A DNA stretch of 64,000 nucleotides from Podarcis pityusensis. Lineage: Eukaryota. Numbering within the stretch: the stretch's first letter is position 1; each line of letters begins with the position of its first letter. Positions 39,181 to 52,394 of this stretch are shown piece after piece. The notes under the pieces were generated by a model, which did no database searches, had not been told where the DNA came from, and was given only the letters and a program-made list of their open reading frames with translations. The position numbers were made by a program, and so were the translations under genes. Where the stretch lies: the NCBI GenBank assembly GCA_964106645.2, contig OZ067041.1; one strand, given 5' to 3'.

Positions 39181-41329
39181 GACTTCCGGGGTGGCGCCAT
39201 CGGCAATGGTGGACTCCCTCTGAACAGGAGGGACTAGCTCCGCGGGAAACGGGTCTTCTCCGCTACGGCGAAGTGGGGACCCTTTTAAAAATCACAGGTG
39301 GATGAAGCCTGTGACCATGGGACTCGGCGGGCACCTTTAGCGCCCCCCCCAACTCGCTAAGGAACCCACTAACGGGCTCCGAAGTGAAGAGGGGGAAGTG
39401 GCGCGGTGCTGTGAGTCAATTGCTATTTCCGTGGAGCAAAGCTGCACAGCCGTTGCCGGAGAGTGCTGCCTTTTTCCTGGGACAATTTGGACTCTAAAAT
39501 AAGCACCCGTGAGTACTTAGACTTTGAACAACTGGACATTAGATAAGGACTTGCGAGCAGAAAGGAATTGGATTTTAAAAACCTATTTTAATTTGGTACG
39601 GAACAGGAAGGTCTAAACAGGAAGTCAGCCTTCCGTTCTTCTGTAGACAGAATAAAGCAAAGACAACGTAAACTAGAGCTTAGAAAATCGCCTTTAAAGG
39701 ATTGGATTTCATCATTTAAAATTGTGGAACCCCCCTTCGACAGCAGGAGAAGGAGGGGGATCTTTTCTGGACTGTTTAAAGTGAGTTTAAAGTAAAGTAA
39801 CTTTCCTCCGTCCTGATCCTGGAGCGGGGTGTCAGGACTGACATTTGAAGTTCATTGACCAGAGACAAGCATTTTGACAGATAGCTAAAAGAAGAGAAAC
39901 ATAGCGATTCCACTGCTTCCCTTCGCATCTTTAAGCAACAAATATTGACAAAGTATCTCAAAAAGGGAAATTTTGTTGCAAGAACAAATAGAAGTTTTCC
40001 CCCTAGAGGGAGACTGTGTAACTGTAACTAACTCCAGAGAGCCGGCAGCTGTTACAGATAACAATCGTGGGAACAGGCATTCGACCTTGCAGGACAATGT
40101 ATTCAGAAGCTTTGTTGTGTGCTTTCTATAAAACAAATGCCCTACTGGAACAATTACATGAAAAGGTGAATTGGATGGCGACTTCGACTAGAAATTTTCA
40201 ACAGGCAGTGGGAAATTTTGAACAGACAGTGGGAAAATATGTGGAGCCCACTCAGGAATTAAATCAGGAGTGTGTCCTGACAGAACAGGCCCAACAGGAA
40301 TATGAGTTTTTGGATTTGATAAATGAACTTGGAAAAAGCCAGATTTGGAAAGAAAAAGTTTGGTTTGGCTTGGAAATGGGGGGCTGGATTGACCCCCCTA
40401 TGCTGGGATGTTTGGACTTTTCAAATCTGACAATGGGCCGTGAGATGTTTGGGATTGGGGGGGCTCTTAATTTCAGAGGGTCTTTGAAACATGCTTTTAA
40501 ATACCATATGGAACTCAGTGTTGAATATGGAAAAGGGGCTGATCTGTCGAGAAGGGTTAAAAATATTGCCAAGCTGGAGTTACCACGAGCAGGAGACAAG
40601 GGAAAATACAGTTACAAATATGAAGAAGAGCTGCGGAAGGGACATGGAAGAGACTTGAAGGCCTCGGATATAAGGCTGCCAGGTTAATGGGCTAGATTGA
40701 TGGGATAATAAGGACTGACAAAACCCGGAACCAGGAGGAAGGGACGTTGGATGAAGATTGGATTTGTTTGTATTTCCTCTTTCTACCATTAGAACTGTTT
40801 TATAAAATTGATGAATGTTAGAAAAATGTTGGAATGAAACTACTTGGCTTTAGTAAAGATGTTTAAAGAATTATGAAAGAATATTATGGTTATGAGAAGT
40901 TGATAAGGATAAGATTTAAGTTTTAAGCTTTAAGGTTTATTTTATTATAGAAAGATAAGATTAAAACAGTTTAGGGTAATGTAATGACAGAATATTGTGA
41001 AATATGGAAAGGATTTGCTGGGATAATTAATAACTAGGATACAAAGAAAGGGAGGAGGAGGAGGTCAAAGAAAGAAGGTAATGACAGTTGAGGATATGAG
41101 AATAATGAATTTGTTTTTAAATGTTTTTTAATTGTGTGTGATGTATTTTTGTATTTTTTTTCTTTTTGTCACTTTTTCTTATTTTTGAATTTGTATTCAT
41201 ACGGTTGGAAGGGGTTTGTTTTCTTTTCTTTTTCTACTTTGTTAATTATTTTTATTTTGTATTTTCTACTGCTTTTATTTTATTTGGTAACACTTTGAAA
41301 ATTTCAATAAATATCTTATATAAAAAAAA
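39181..41329 (+). mobile_element. Full-length 2.15-kb non-autonomous L1-type retroelement (HAL1-like) with single ORF
   Basis: 18-bp TSD gaaaatttagcagctgtg (39163-39180) / gaaaatttagaagctgtg (41330-41347); CpG-rich 5' end gacttccgg; AATAAA 41306-41311; A8 tail 41322-41329. Confidence 0.88.
40097..40687 (+). CDS. 196-aa ORF of the 2.15-kb retroelement (coiled-coil-like N-terminus, unknown C-domain)
   Basis: acaATG start; open to TAA; Q/E-rich heptad-like region; sits between a long 5' leader and an AT-rich 3' UTR. Confidence 0.55.
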   Translation: MYSEALLCAFYKTNALLEQLHEKVNWMATSTRNFQQAVGNFEQTVGKYVEPTQELNQECVLTEQAQQEYEFLDLINELGKSQIWKEKVWFGLEMGGWIDPPMLGCLDFSNLTMGREMFGIGGALNFRGSLKHAFKYHMELSVEYGKGADLSRRVKNIAKLELPRAGDKGKYSYKYEEELRKGHGRDLKASDIRLPG

Positions 41330-44300
41330 GAAAATTTAGAAGCTGTGCTCCAACCTTGCTCCCTCTTCCATGTAATGCTGTTTGGACATATCCTTATCTC
41401 ATCCTTAGAAAGAGGATATGCACCATACATTGCTGTGCACTTGCTCCAAATGTGTGCATTCACACAGGCACAGGATACATGCTTGCATTCATTCATTCAA
41501 ATGACAAAAGCCCCATGCTTTCGAGAGCCTTTGGTTTCTAAAACTATAACTGGATTAAGATATTCCAAAGTGGTGGAATTTCAAGAGTGGTGTTGCTAAC
41601 AGAGACACACTGGCTTTTGGAACTCTTGGGTTGGTGTCCATTCTTGCACTTCTTAAACACCGAACACAAAGAGATTTTTGGAGAGTGGCGTTGCTGACCT
41701 GGCTGCTTTCTGAATTCCAGGACATATCTTGCTGAGATAAGCTTAGTCTTATGACTTGTAAACTCCCGCTTTGGATTTCTGTGCTCCTCCTCATCTACTG
41801 ATCCTTGACTGGCAAAATCTTGACTGAGGAGAACTGCCTCCCTTTTGAACTTTCCCTGATGCACAGGAACCTTGCCGTTGTTAGCTTTCCACTGCACCAC
41901 TTCAATGCCCCTCCTTTCCCTTGAACTCTAAAGCATCACAGCCTTCTGGACATTGCAGTCATCTCAATTCTTATCCTCCCTCTACCTTTCTTTTCTCTGA
42001 GAAAGCCTTCAATGTATAATTTCCCAAGTACCTTACAAGGACATCCCAGTATCTAGACTAATTCCTTAACTGACACACTCTGACCTGTGCATTTTTGTAA
42101 ATGTCTCCAAACCCAGCTCTACCAGATGGATAGTGACCTCTCTTCCAGCTGAATAATGCCAGGCAGAAAAAGGACTGCACTAGACCTAGCCTCCCTCTTG
42201 TGTTTGAGAAGGGCTTATTCCTGAACACAGGAAAGCATTTTTGGATTTACGTACCCCAAGTAAACAGGGCAAAATATTATTTTGGGCTCAATAAGTCCTT
42301 TTGGCTAAGACATTCTAATAAAAAATAAGCAAACATTTCTCAAGGGGCTAAGAAACACAACATTGTATTTATAATAAAATCAGCAATGTCACAATCCTGT
42401 CTACTGATTTAAAATCAAAACTGGGGATTGCTAACCCCTGCCCTGGAAAATGGATTAGGTGTCCACACTAATTGTTCTGTCCTTGCTAGACACCACAGAG
42501 TTTGGGGGCAGCGGCAGCAAAAGGGAAATTAAAACAGACACAGAGCTGGTTGGGCAGAGAGGTTTAAATATCTTCACTCAGCCGAGGGCCCTGGAGATGT
42601 TTAATTACACAGAAAGAACTTGGGAAGTTCAAAAAGTAGTCTGTTTATCTTAAGATGGTTTTTATGGTCCTACAAAAAAAAAAAATGTTGAAGGAAAGAA
42701 ATGTCATGGGCATTAATGAGCCTGGCAAAATTACTAAGCCTCTCTAATATCTATAATACATACTAAGTAGAAGATGTATTCTTAAATAATGAAGACCCAA
42801 GTTTTAGAATAAAGTATAATTTTATGCTGAACACCTCACCAGGCAATGTATCTTTTATTCTTTGTCTAACAAGATATATTAACAGCTGTCTAGGTACAGA
42901 TGGCTTGAAAGAAGCACTTACAGGATCAGCTATTATAATTATAATGATACCATTAAATCTAATGATAATTTGACTACTCTGTGTGGAACAGATCTTCCTC
43001 TATAATATTGCTTCATGCATCCTCTTATACTATGCTATTAGATATACTAATCATACAGCGGCAGAATAAGCATTCAATGGAGAAAGGTTGAGAGCTACAT
43101 ATTTAAAGAAAGAAGCCTCACTCTGGACTGTCTGCCCTAATAACCTTCAAATGTCAAGTCACAAGGTGGTGGGGCAAAGCTCTGTTTTTAGTACTTCGGG
43201 GGTTGCTGCTGAAGATCAGTATGCTTAGCTGTACAACAGGCAGCTTGTGTATCTGTTTCAAAATAATTTGTTTTCTCTAAGAGAAGTTGAGAAGTACCAG
43301 TGAATTAATGTGTTTAAATATTCCATAATTGCAAGGGGTCCAAATAAGAAAACTTTTTTGGGGGGGGAGGGCATGGAAAAAGAGAGAAATAAACTTGGTT
43401 TTCTATTTCATGTTATTGATTAGTGGACTTTAACATCAAAGAACATCCAGTCACCTGGGTTCTTAGGAAAACTGTCACCACATAGAGAGAGCAATACAAT
43501 GGATATGTATGGGTAGGAGGGGGACAATCTGTGAGTCGCAAAGCTGCCACTACTTCCTATGTCCTGCTGGTTAGCTGCGGCCAGGGTGGGAGGAGATATT
43601 GTATCCTCTGGGTCTCTCCACTCCTAAATTGATTGCAATAGGAGGGGATTAATTACGCCTGCTCTGAGTTGGTATAATTAGGGGACCCGTCTGGGACTAT
43701 GGTGGGGGAATGAAGGGGCTTAGGATCCAGCAGATCCACTGTATCCCCACCTGGAGTGCCCTGTTTTCACCCCCCAATGGGACATGACCACCAGGTGGAG
43801 TTTTCTATTGCTGCACCAGGGGACCTATGGTGATGGACTTCTGGGCACTGGAGAGATACATCAGCAGCATCTTGCTGTGCCTCAGCCACCTTCCCTTGGA
43901 GCACAGGATTGTTCTCACAGTTTATTAACTGAATTACTCCCCCCACCCCCATTTTCTAGGACAGAGTAAGATATGTGTCAGGACATTCTTTTTTTGTTCT
44001 CATATGCCAAATGCACAAGATCACACCCTTGTATGTGGCACTAAACAGAAAAACTACAACTCCCGAGTGACATATTAATAATCATTTACACAGCAGACTC
44101 ATAATTCACCTACCTGTGTCATACTCTTGACATGAAGTAGATCTATCTATGGCTGCCAAGTGTTTGTGAAGGGCAGTAAGCTAAAGTTCTAATGATATTG
44201 TAGTTACCATTGTTACCAGCTACTGTTGCTACTGCTGTTTAATCACTGCTGAGGATAACACAGTAATAAGGGATATTCTAGGTACGTGCATTTGATTCTA

Positions 44301-45539
44301 ATATATGGCATCCCAATGAGAATACACCCTTATTAAAAAAAAATTTTTTAAAAAATTATACAAATCCCACCATTTTTTCTATGCATTTGTGGCACATTGA
44401 GGCTGAAAGATGGCAGCACTATGGAATCAATATTTGTTTTACATTGAGTTTAAACACTATTTGCATGTATCACATATTTCAATTTGGCAGAACAACTGGA
44501 TATATAAGCCACATGGGAAACCTGACAACAAGCATAATTTAAGCAGCTCTTGGTTAATGTCCTCCATGGCTAGGGCTATAGAGACCAAGGTTATTTGAAC
44601 TGTTTACACATGGATTGGTCTCCCCATATTGAGACATATGGTGTTAAGTGAAGTGTACTCATACAAACAGCCCCAAACTTGTCTGAACAGAATGCTCTCT
44701 TACATCTACTGAAAGTTTAAAGAAATTTGGAGCGTGGTCCTGTGAAGACTGCGCCTTGATTGCCTGTCAATTTTTTTGTTCTATGAACTGCTGGGTGCTA
44801 CAATAAAGAATAGACTTGTTTTCATTTTTCAGTGTTGGCCAATCTATATGGTTTTCTAGTTGACTGAATTGCCACATCCAGAGATAGCAAAAGATGTACA
44901 ATAGAAAGAAGCTACACATCAAGTGACATAAATTTAATGAAGATATTGATAGAACTAGAGTCAGGGGAAAACCTCAAGTGAAGTCCATTCTCAACAGATA
45001 TAAATCACTGGCATTTTGTTTTGGAGCAGGTTTTTAAGGCTGGATAACAAGATGAGGAAAATAGTGTCTCTCTGTGTGTGATCTGATGATTTAAACAGAA
45101 TCATAGAAGCAAAGTCAAAACTTGAGCTTGGCCAAAATTTGATTGTGTATGATTTCATGAATAGGAAACATAGTTCTATTTGCAAAAATAATGTAGAAAA
45201 ATACTTCTGCTTTTATCTTGAAATGTACTTTCAAGATTGTTCATGGCTTCCAAGCCATCAGACTGGAAGATACATCACTTTTCTATGTTTATTTCTATGT
45301 TTATTTTGAAATTGCGAGGTGATCCAAAACTAAATAAAGGGGTAAGAAAATGTCAGGTATCATTGTATGTGCACAGTAAATTACTTAGGAACAAAAATAA
45401 ATTCCCAACCAGATGCATGCTGAATGGATCTTCAGTGTCTGTGGCCACCCAGAAAAGCCATATTGGATCTATAGATGGAAACTCACTGGAAATGTCATCT
45501 GACTTCAGTGTTAAGAATTATTACGAAAACAGAATCTCA

Positions 45540-45690
45540 AGAATGACAAGGCCACACAGTAAATTTGGAACACTGTGTAAATGGAGCAGCTTCCTTTTGA
45601 GGAAAAGGCTAAGGCACTTAAGCATTTAGTCTGGGGAAACAGCTGAAGATGGAACATGTTAGAGGTTTATAGAACTATGTAAAATGAAAA
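45540..45690 (+). mobile_element. Degenerate CR1 ORF2 3' fragment
   Basis: ttttgaggaaaaggctaagg...tttagtctgg...gaggtttataga resembles the CR1 YEERL..LGLFSLE..R.RGD..EVYK region. Confidence 0.45.
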
Positions 45691-47823
45691 TGAATAAGAG
45701 AAAGATTACAGATGCTGCCTAGTGGGGCTGGTTGGGCAAAGGATGGGGCATTTAAGAGCAGGGGTAGGAAAAGCCATAGGTCACAGTAGGTACAGCAACC
45801 CCACCTTCTCTCTCACACACACAAATTTACATGGAGTTTAAGCAATGGGAAGAGAAGAAAGAGCAAGGCAAAAGGCTGGGAAGGGTGTGGTGAAGAGTGC
45901 AAGCACGACCTGCCTTTATGTTCAGTAGGCGGACCAGAGTGAAGACTGGTCCACCCAGTAGACCATACCCGTCTTTCTCAGAAGGGAACTGCAGCAGCAG
46001 CAATGCGAATAGTTGAAAGCATTTTGAATGAATTCTGATTGGTTCAGCGACACACTCAAGAGTAACATTGTGGGGAACATTTTGAAGCAGACTAGCTGTG
46101 GAAATTAGTTTGCAATGGACTCTTTTCTGCAAATAGCAGCAAATAATTATGGGTGGTGTCCAGCTATATAGTTTTGTTACTGCAAGGACATTTTGTGTGC
46201 AATGGAACTTCCATCCCCTATCATGTCCCCATGTAGAACAGAATCTGAAAAAAGAGCGATAGATATTAGTGATATATTAAAAGATGGCAAGGGTGTCCCC
46301 TTCCAATGATTTTAAACACCATGCCCTGTTTTAAAATTTCACTAATATCCATCCTTTTTAAAAAAATCATATATTTCACATCTGGAAACGGGAATATTAC
46401 AGCAACGTGTAAAAGACGGCCGCTCCAATTCCTTTAAAATCACTGATGCTTTGCTATTGTCTCCAGTGAGTGCTGCATTACAGCTAATGTCTATTGGAGT
46501 AGACTGAGGTAGGCTCAGGTCCTTTTTGTCTGTTGTTTTTGGCAGAACAGATTTAATAATATCAGTAGCATTATAAAAATGTGACAAGTTGAAAGATTGA
46601 ATTTGATGGTATTCAAGATTTCTGATAGCTCTACAGGGAAAACAATTTTCAGCATGCTTTAGCAGAAGGAGGAATATAATAAAACTAGACGTATTAGCCA
46701 TCTTTCCCTGGCCGGAGTTAGTATAGAATACGCTATTATTTCATTATGTGAAGCAATCTGATCCTGCCTCAGAACCTCATTAACAGTTTCATAAGCATGT
46801 ATGGCTGACCCTTTATCCTTTCCACCATTGTTATTATTTGTCAGTTCACTGAATGTTCATGAGATATAGGTTAGTGTTTCTCTCTGAAATGGACAGAAAT
46901 TACTCATGTGCATCATCAACTCTGTGTCTTTCAGCATCTAACACAGCAACAGCAGCAAAATTGGAAAATATGTGAATTTAATTAAGACATCCTTATTTCC
47001 CCCCTGCCCACGAAAGTCATATCCTATCAATGCTTTTGCTGAGATTTCCAGTGAACATCAAGTTGTCACATAATGCAATTAATGGGATTTTACATTAGTG
47101 ATGATCTGCAAAGTGATGCCATGGATGAATTTGCATCAGTGTGTGACGTTAGTAGGAAGTCTGGATTTTAATAGGTTACAGTTAATTTGGGGATGCATTA
47201 GAAATATTACACTTTCGTCTTAAGGCCTACAGATAACTTCCAGTTCAGTACATTGGCACCACATAGTGAAATATCCCTCCTTGCTCAAAAACTGGCTTCT
47301 GTGTGGCATAAATCAAATAGCCCTACTATTTCCCCCATTATCTGCCATGCCAGAGGGTTGAGGGCTAGCATGGCACTAGCTAGTTGTTTGGAGTCAAGGG
47401 CTCAAATGTGCTAAATTAGCACAGCCAGTCCCCAAAGAAAGTCCTGGGCAGACATGCCATTCAAAATTTAAAATAGTGGAACAGTAGAGCATTATAACCC
47501 CTTGCACCGCATAATTGTACAGTGCAGAGGAGAGCTATAGTGCAGCAATGCTGATAAGAGTCCAGCCCTGGCAGTGCTAAATCCTTAATTCCCACCTTGA
47601 CTGGCTGCAGCAAGCAAAACAGCCAGTAGGAAAGAAAGAGATAACATAGGAATGGCGGGTGAAAGGATGTTATTCCTTCTTCAGATATTATGCCTCTAGC
47701 TTTGCTTTGTTTTTCTGTCATCAGTTGTTCCACTTACTACTGATAGCCCCCTCCAAGAATACAACATAGTAATCCAACCTATAATGAAATGCTTCTGTGA
47801 TCACAGAAAACAATAATACTTAC

Positions 47824-47965
47824 TGGGCAGCTGAGGGGTCGTAGGGACTGTGGGGACCAAAGTAGGCTCTGGATAAACAGTTTCATTGCAGCCTCCATTT
47901 GTCAGACCAATATCATCAAGGGCAATGCCATCCCATCCTGGTCTTTTAAATGCATCAAAAGCAAC
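47824..47965 (-). CDS. TMPRSS15: Enteropeptidase exon 13 (MAM end, Pro/Thr linker)
   Basis: taaag|GTT GCT...CCC A|gtaag; VAFDAFKRPGWDGIALDDIGLTNGGCNETVYPEPTLVPTVPTTPQLP. Confidence 0.94.
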
Positions 47966-49009
47966 CTTTAAAAAAAATATCACATAAAATGTTATACATA
48001 CCGTTTCATTTTAGATTTTACTTATTTATTTTACTTATTCTACTTATTTACATATCATTTATATATCACTATTCATAAAAAGATATAAGAGCTATCATAT
48101 ATAAAACCATACAACACAGACACATTTTTAAAATTAGACACACATGGGAATAAAAACCATGGGATGATTCAGTGATGGGGCTTGCTTCCTAGACATGTAT
48201 GGGATTCCACTGTTATAGAAGGAATCTTTCTACATTTCTAATTTTAATAAGCAGAAATGTGAGCAGTCATCTATGTGAACCTTTTAATGGCTTTACAAGG
48301 AATTCTACCTCCCCTAAAAGGAATTACTACACATTCAGATTCTCAAAACATCTCTAGCCATTTTTGCTAGCGACATTGTTAGTGGATGGAAAGATGACAT
48401 ATGAATACAGTAGAACTTATGGACCGAATCCATTTTTCAGTACAGGAAAGCTGAAGGAACAATTCTTCAATAGAAAGGTTCTGTTGATTTATTGGACATG
48501 TTAGGCCAATAATTTATAAACTAGATCTAAGCACGTTCTCTTTGGAAGCCAAGTTTGACAATGTACGTAAGCATAACCAAGTCCTAGAATTGCTGTTTTG
48601 GAATCTAAAGGTCCCTGGTGTGAGTCCCAAAAGAAATTGGGGAGGGGGAGAGACTTCATATTGCATTCCTATATGAAGTACTTCAAGTAAAGCAAGTAAA
48701 TTTCAGTTGTAGATATATTTTATCACTCTAGACAAGGGTTCTTAACTGGTGACAAAGCTGTCTAGCCCAAGACAGAGAGAATTTTCAGTGTTCCAACATA
48801 ATCATAATAATTTCTTCTGTCAAAAACATACAGTCTGCTCATACTAACTAGTCTTGTGTGCTGTAACCATTTTTTGGCAGACTGTAATGATAAAAGTATT
48901 CTTTTTGCAGATACGAAGATTGGGATAGAAGATTGGGAATGGTCATAAAGGCCCACTGAACTCAGTGACTTGACTACATTCTTTACTGATGATAGATAGC
49001 TTGACATAC

Positions 49010-49160
49010 TTTAAAATTAGATGTTTCATTTAGTGTTATTTGCCCATAGTTCCAGTTATTTCCATAATTTCCTTCTTTCTGGAAAACTGTCCTTTCAGTG
49101 TTCTGATCATACGTGATGGTAATGCTCAAACGATACACATTAATACCATACATGTGATAC
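49010..49160 (-). CDS. TMPRSS15: Enteropeptidase exon 12 (MAM)
   Basis: ttcag|G TAT CAC ATG...TTT AAA|gtatg; YHMYGINVYRLSITITYDQNTERTVFQKEGNYGNNWNYGQITLNETSNFK. Confidence 0.94.
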
Positions 49161-49403
49161 CTGAATTGGAAAATGAGAGGTAATTATTTATTGTGGCATA
49201 TTAAATTGAAATCCATTTGGTATCCACTAGCACAGCAGACTTCAGCTTGTGCAGTGAGCTTTTCCTCCCCTCTGCAGCCCCTCGTGGACCCTCAAAATCT
49301 GTTCCAGAGGGTCGGGAGATTCTCTGGAACAGATTTTGAGGATGTGTGGAGGGAGGAGAGAGAACTGACTTTGCTATTAGTACATATGGTATGTTCACAA
49401 TAC

Positions 49404-49509
49404 CAGAAACTTAGGCAGAACACATCTGAAGAGGGGACTAAGGATAAGCTTAAGAGTCGAACTCTCACAAGTCTGCCTCCAGACATCATTGGTGTTGAAA
49501 TGTAATAGC
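49404..49509 (-). CDS. TMPRSS15: Enteropeptidase exon 11 (MAM)
   Basis: ttgcag|GC TAT...TTC TG|gtatt; GYYISTPMMSGGRLVRVRLLSLSLVPSSDVFCLSFW. Confidence 0.93.
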
Positions 49510-50149
49510 CTGCAAGACAGATAATAATATATATTAGTTAATTATTAACTCCTTGTTCCACCAACTACCTAAGGAAGTACACTTGCTAATTTGCTGCCCT
49601 GAACAATGGAATATACACTGAATAAATAATAATAATATAATTTATACGATTATTAGTTGCTGTAGTTTTATAAAAAGAGACACACATAGTCCACTGGCTC
49701 TCATATAGATGCCTAAGCATGATGGATCACTGGGCTGAGGGGAAAGGTCCAAGGAGCCCATGTTTTGTAGCCCCAGGCCTGACAAGCTAAAACTCTTAGT
49801 TTTTAGAGCAGACATTGTTTCCTTTGCTAAATACAAACATTCATTATTTTGCAGATATAACCAAAAAAAGGGGGGGTCATTGTTAACTCACATGAACAAT
49901 AAATATAATCCATCAGTTCTGACCTAAATATTGATTTTAATATATGCATTCCATTGGTCCAAATAGGTATCCAAATGAGATTGATGATTATAAGATATAT
50001 TGTCAAGTGCACAAAGAGTAGTGAGATCTTCAAGAGGGGAAATTATCCCTCCTGCCTTGCAAGACATTTCTATTTTATTTTGCAAAAATACATTGGTAAA
50101 AAAAGAAAATTCAAATCAATTCATGTTTTGCTCATATCTTAATTCTTAC

Positions 50150-50299
50150 CTGATAAATTGCCAAATGTATGATCAAAGTTAGGGCCAGATGTAATAGGGA
50201 ATGTGGGACCACTAATTCTTGCCCATTCATCATCGTCATCTAAATCTTGAATCCAGTAGCAAAAGCCATCTTCAAAAGTGCAGCTAAGTTTCTGACTGT
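50150..50299 (-). CDS. TMPRSS15: Enteropeptidase exon 10 (MAM start)
   Basis: cttcaag|AC AGT CAG...TCA G|gtaag; DSQKLSCTFEDGFCYWIQDLDDDDEWA...GPNFDHTFGNLS (AAG acceptor is the only nearby phase-1 option). Confidence 0.9.
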
Positions 50300-50744
50300 C
50301 TTGAAGCGAAATGTGAATAAATTAATGAAACGAAATTTAATAAATTAACTCAATGGACTGTGAGCAATGACATTCCACCATGAACTGATTTATTATAGTC
50401 TTTTCATATCACAAGCAAAGTGACTGTGTTGAAAGTGCTTCCCATCCAACCTTAAAATACATCACCCAACTGTTAGCTTCTATGAACCTTGGCATGGTTT
50501 TCTGTAGATACTCCACACACACTTATTTTCTGTACTAGTTTCATGGTAGGTTTAATGGCCTTTCCCCATTCTCAAAGCACTAAACATGAGTACTATTTCC
50601 CTCAACCGGCATTAGGGGATTGGTGTTCGACTGGATGACCCTTGGAGTCCATTCTCACTCTGCAATTCTAGGATTCTCGATATACAGTAAGCCTGTAATG
50701 CAGATGCAAATCTCCCTCCCATCTCTGTTCTAATATTCAACCAT

Positions 50745-51041
50745 GGACTTATCCACACTTACATTTCCTCTGCTTGTTCTAGGCATGGTCCACGCTTTAA
50801 AGCTCTACGTCCGAGCACCCCACCCTTTTTTGCTCCAGAGCCTTTCCCCGCAAAACTCCACTCTTTAAAGCTCAGTTGGAACAAATGGCAATCCGTGGAA
50901 AAGCCAAATTGATATTTGCTCTGATGGAGCCCTCAAAAAGCAGGTTTTTGTGGGGAAAGCTCAGGGGCAAAAATACCCTCATGCTCAGACACAGAGCTGG
51001 GTTGGAAAAGAGTGGGGGGAAAGGTAAGTGTGGCTAAGCCC
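50745..51041. mobile_element. Palindromic Harbinger-like MITE
   Basis: TIR ggacttatccacacttac / gtaagtgtggctaagccc; internal self-complementarity. Confidence 0.7.
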
Positions 51042-52394
51042 TAGACCCCTCTGCAAAGGAAGACAGAAATGCCTAGGCAACTGGACAACTCTCCCTCTCT
51101 TCAAGATCAGTGCAGCAACTTGTATCTTTTAGGACTGTAAGGTTTGTTAATATCCACAGAAGAAATGAATATAAAAGATACAGGTCTTTGTTTTCAGGGC
51201 CAGAGGATATTTGCTTCAAAATAACACATGATATTACAACTCAGCAGTGGTTCTTATGCATGAATGCCTATATTTAGTTTGAACCGTGTGTGTTCCAACA
51301 GGGTATCTATTTATATGAAGAAAGAAGACTCAACTGAAAGCACTAAATGTCTTCTTAATGAATTTGTGTTTTTGTTTTTGTTTTGTACAACATGCTGGGC
51401 ACAGTTGTTACCAGCTCTGACTTTTAAAGCCCTAAACAGGCTGTAACCCAGTTATCTTAGGGATCACTTGCAACCATACCAGACTACCCATTTCATGAAA
51501 GCTATGCCAGATGCCCTGATGTGATGCCTGCAGCCAAGCACAAGAATCAGGGCCTCCTGCCTATCATGCTTCTGCCTATCATGCTTTTCAATTTTGGAGG
51601 AATTTAAAAGAATTTAAAAGAGCTGTCAATGCACATTTAAAAAAATGCCATTTGGAGAGTAGAGCGTGATGCTGGATGCTGGTTTGAAGTAACTGGATAT
51701 TGTCCTAAAATGTGCTACGGAAATTTCTTAAACAAAGAAATATATTCTTGCATGCCACTAGTCAGACATTTCAATCAATTTAATTTATTTTTCCCCAAAC
51801 CACGGGGTACTAACATCTAGGAAAAAAGTAACATAATATAGTAATTATCAAGGTGAAATGGGAATTAGATGGGAAATCATCTTCTTTAATCTGTAAATCC
51901 TGTTAATTATGTATGTTCCTGGGTAACATCTCTAGGTATGGATACATTTTCCCAATTTTGATTTATTTATTTTTTTAAAAAAGTCTAAAGAGTTCAAAGC
52001 TGAAATACAAGTAAGCAGCCTTGATGATACAGCACCTCTGGTATCTATAAGCAGCAAAAAGGGTAATGATATCAGGCCTGACCAATATAGAAAGGGATAA
52101 TTATTCATGGGATGTTTGGACAAGTTAAGTGGATAACAACACATTGTTACATTAGCACTTCAAAATGGATTTGATAAAAGAGTACAGTGTCTGTAGCATA
52201 AGGCTATAGACACAATGTAAGACTAACATTTATGGGAGCTGATTTAATACATCCACTGCAAGTCACATGTGAAATCAGGTGCGTTTGTCTCCATATCAGA
52301 GCAATGTCACAGTTTTGCTAGCTGTGACTAGATCTCCTCCCACCACATATACTAACAATGTGATATTTAAACAGAAGTTAGAAAGACTACTTAC

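Noticed and set aside
40264-40599. Antisense ORFs within the retroelement and nested ORF (also 33259-33570, 8972-9178)
   Set aside because: Shadows of coding frames on the opposite strand.
40640-40687. 2A/StopGo peptide at the end of the retroelement ORF (DIRLPG*)
   Set aside because: Lacks the DxExNPGP consensus and is followed by a stop.
41544-41900. 118-aa ORF and other 60-160-aa intronic ORFs in the track (e.g. 56184-56675, 60052-60486, 30416-30797)
   Set aside because: Lengths compatible with chance in GC-richer repeat remnants; no recognisable domains or splice support.
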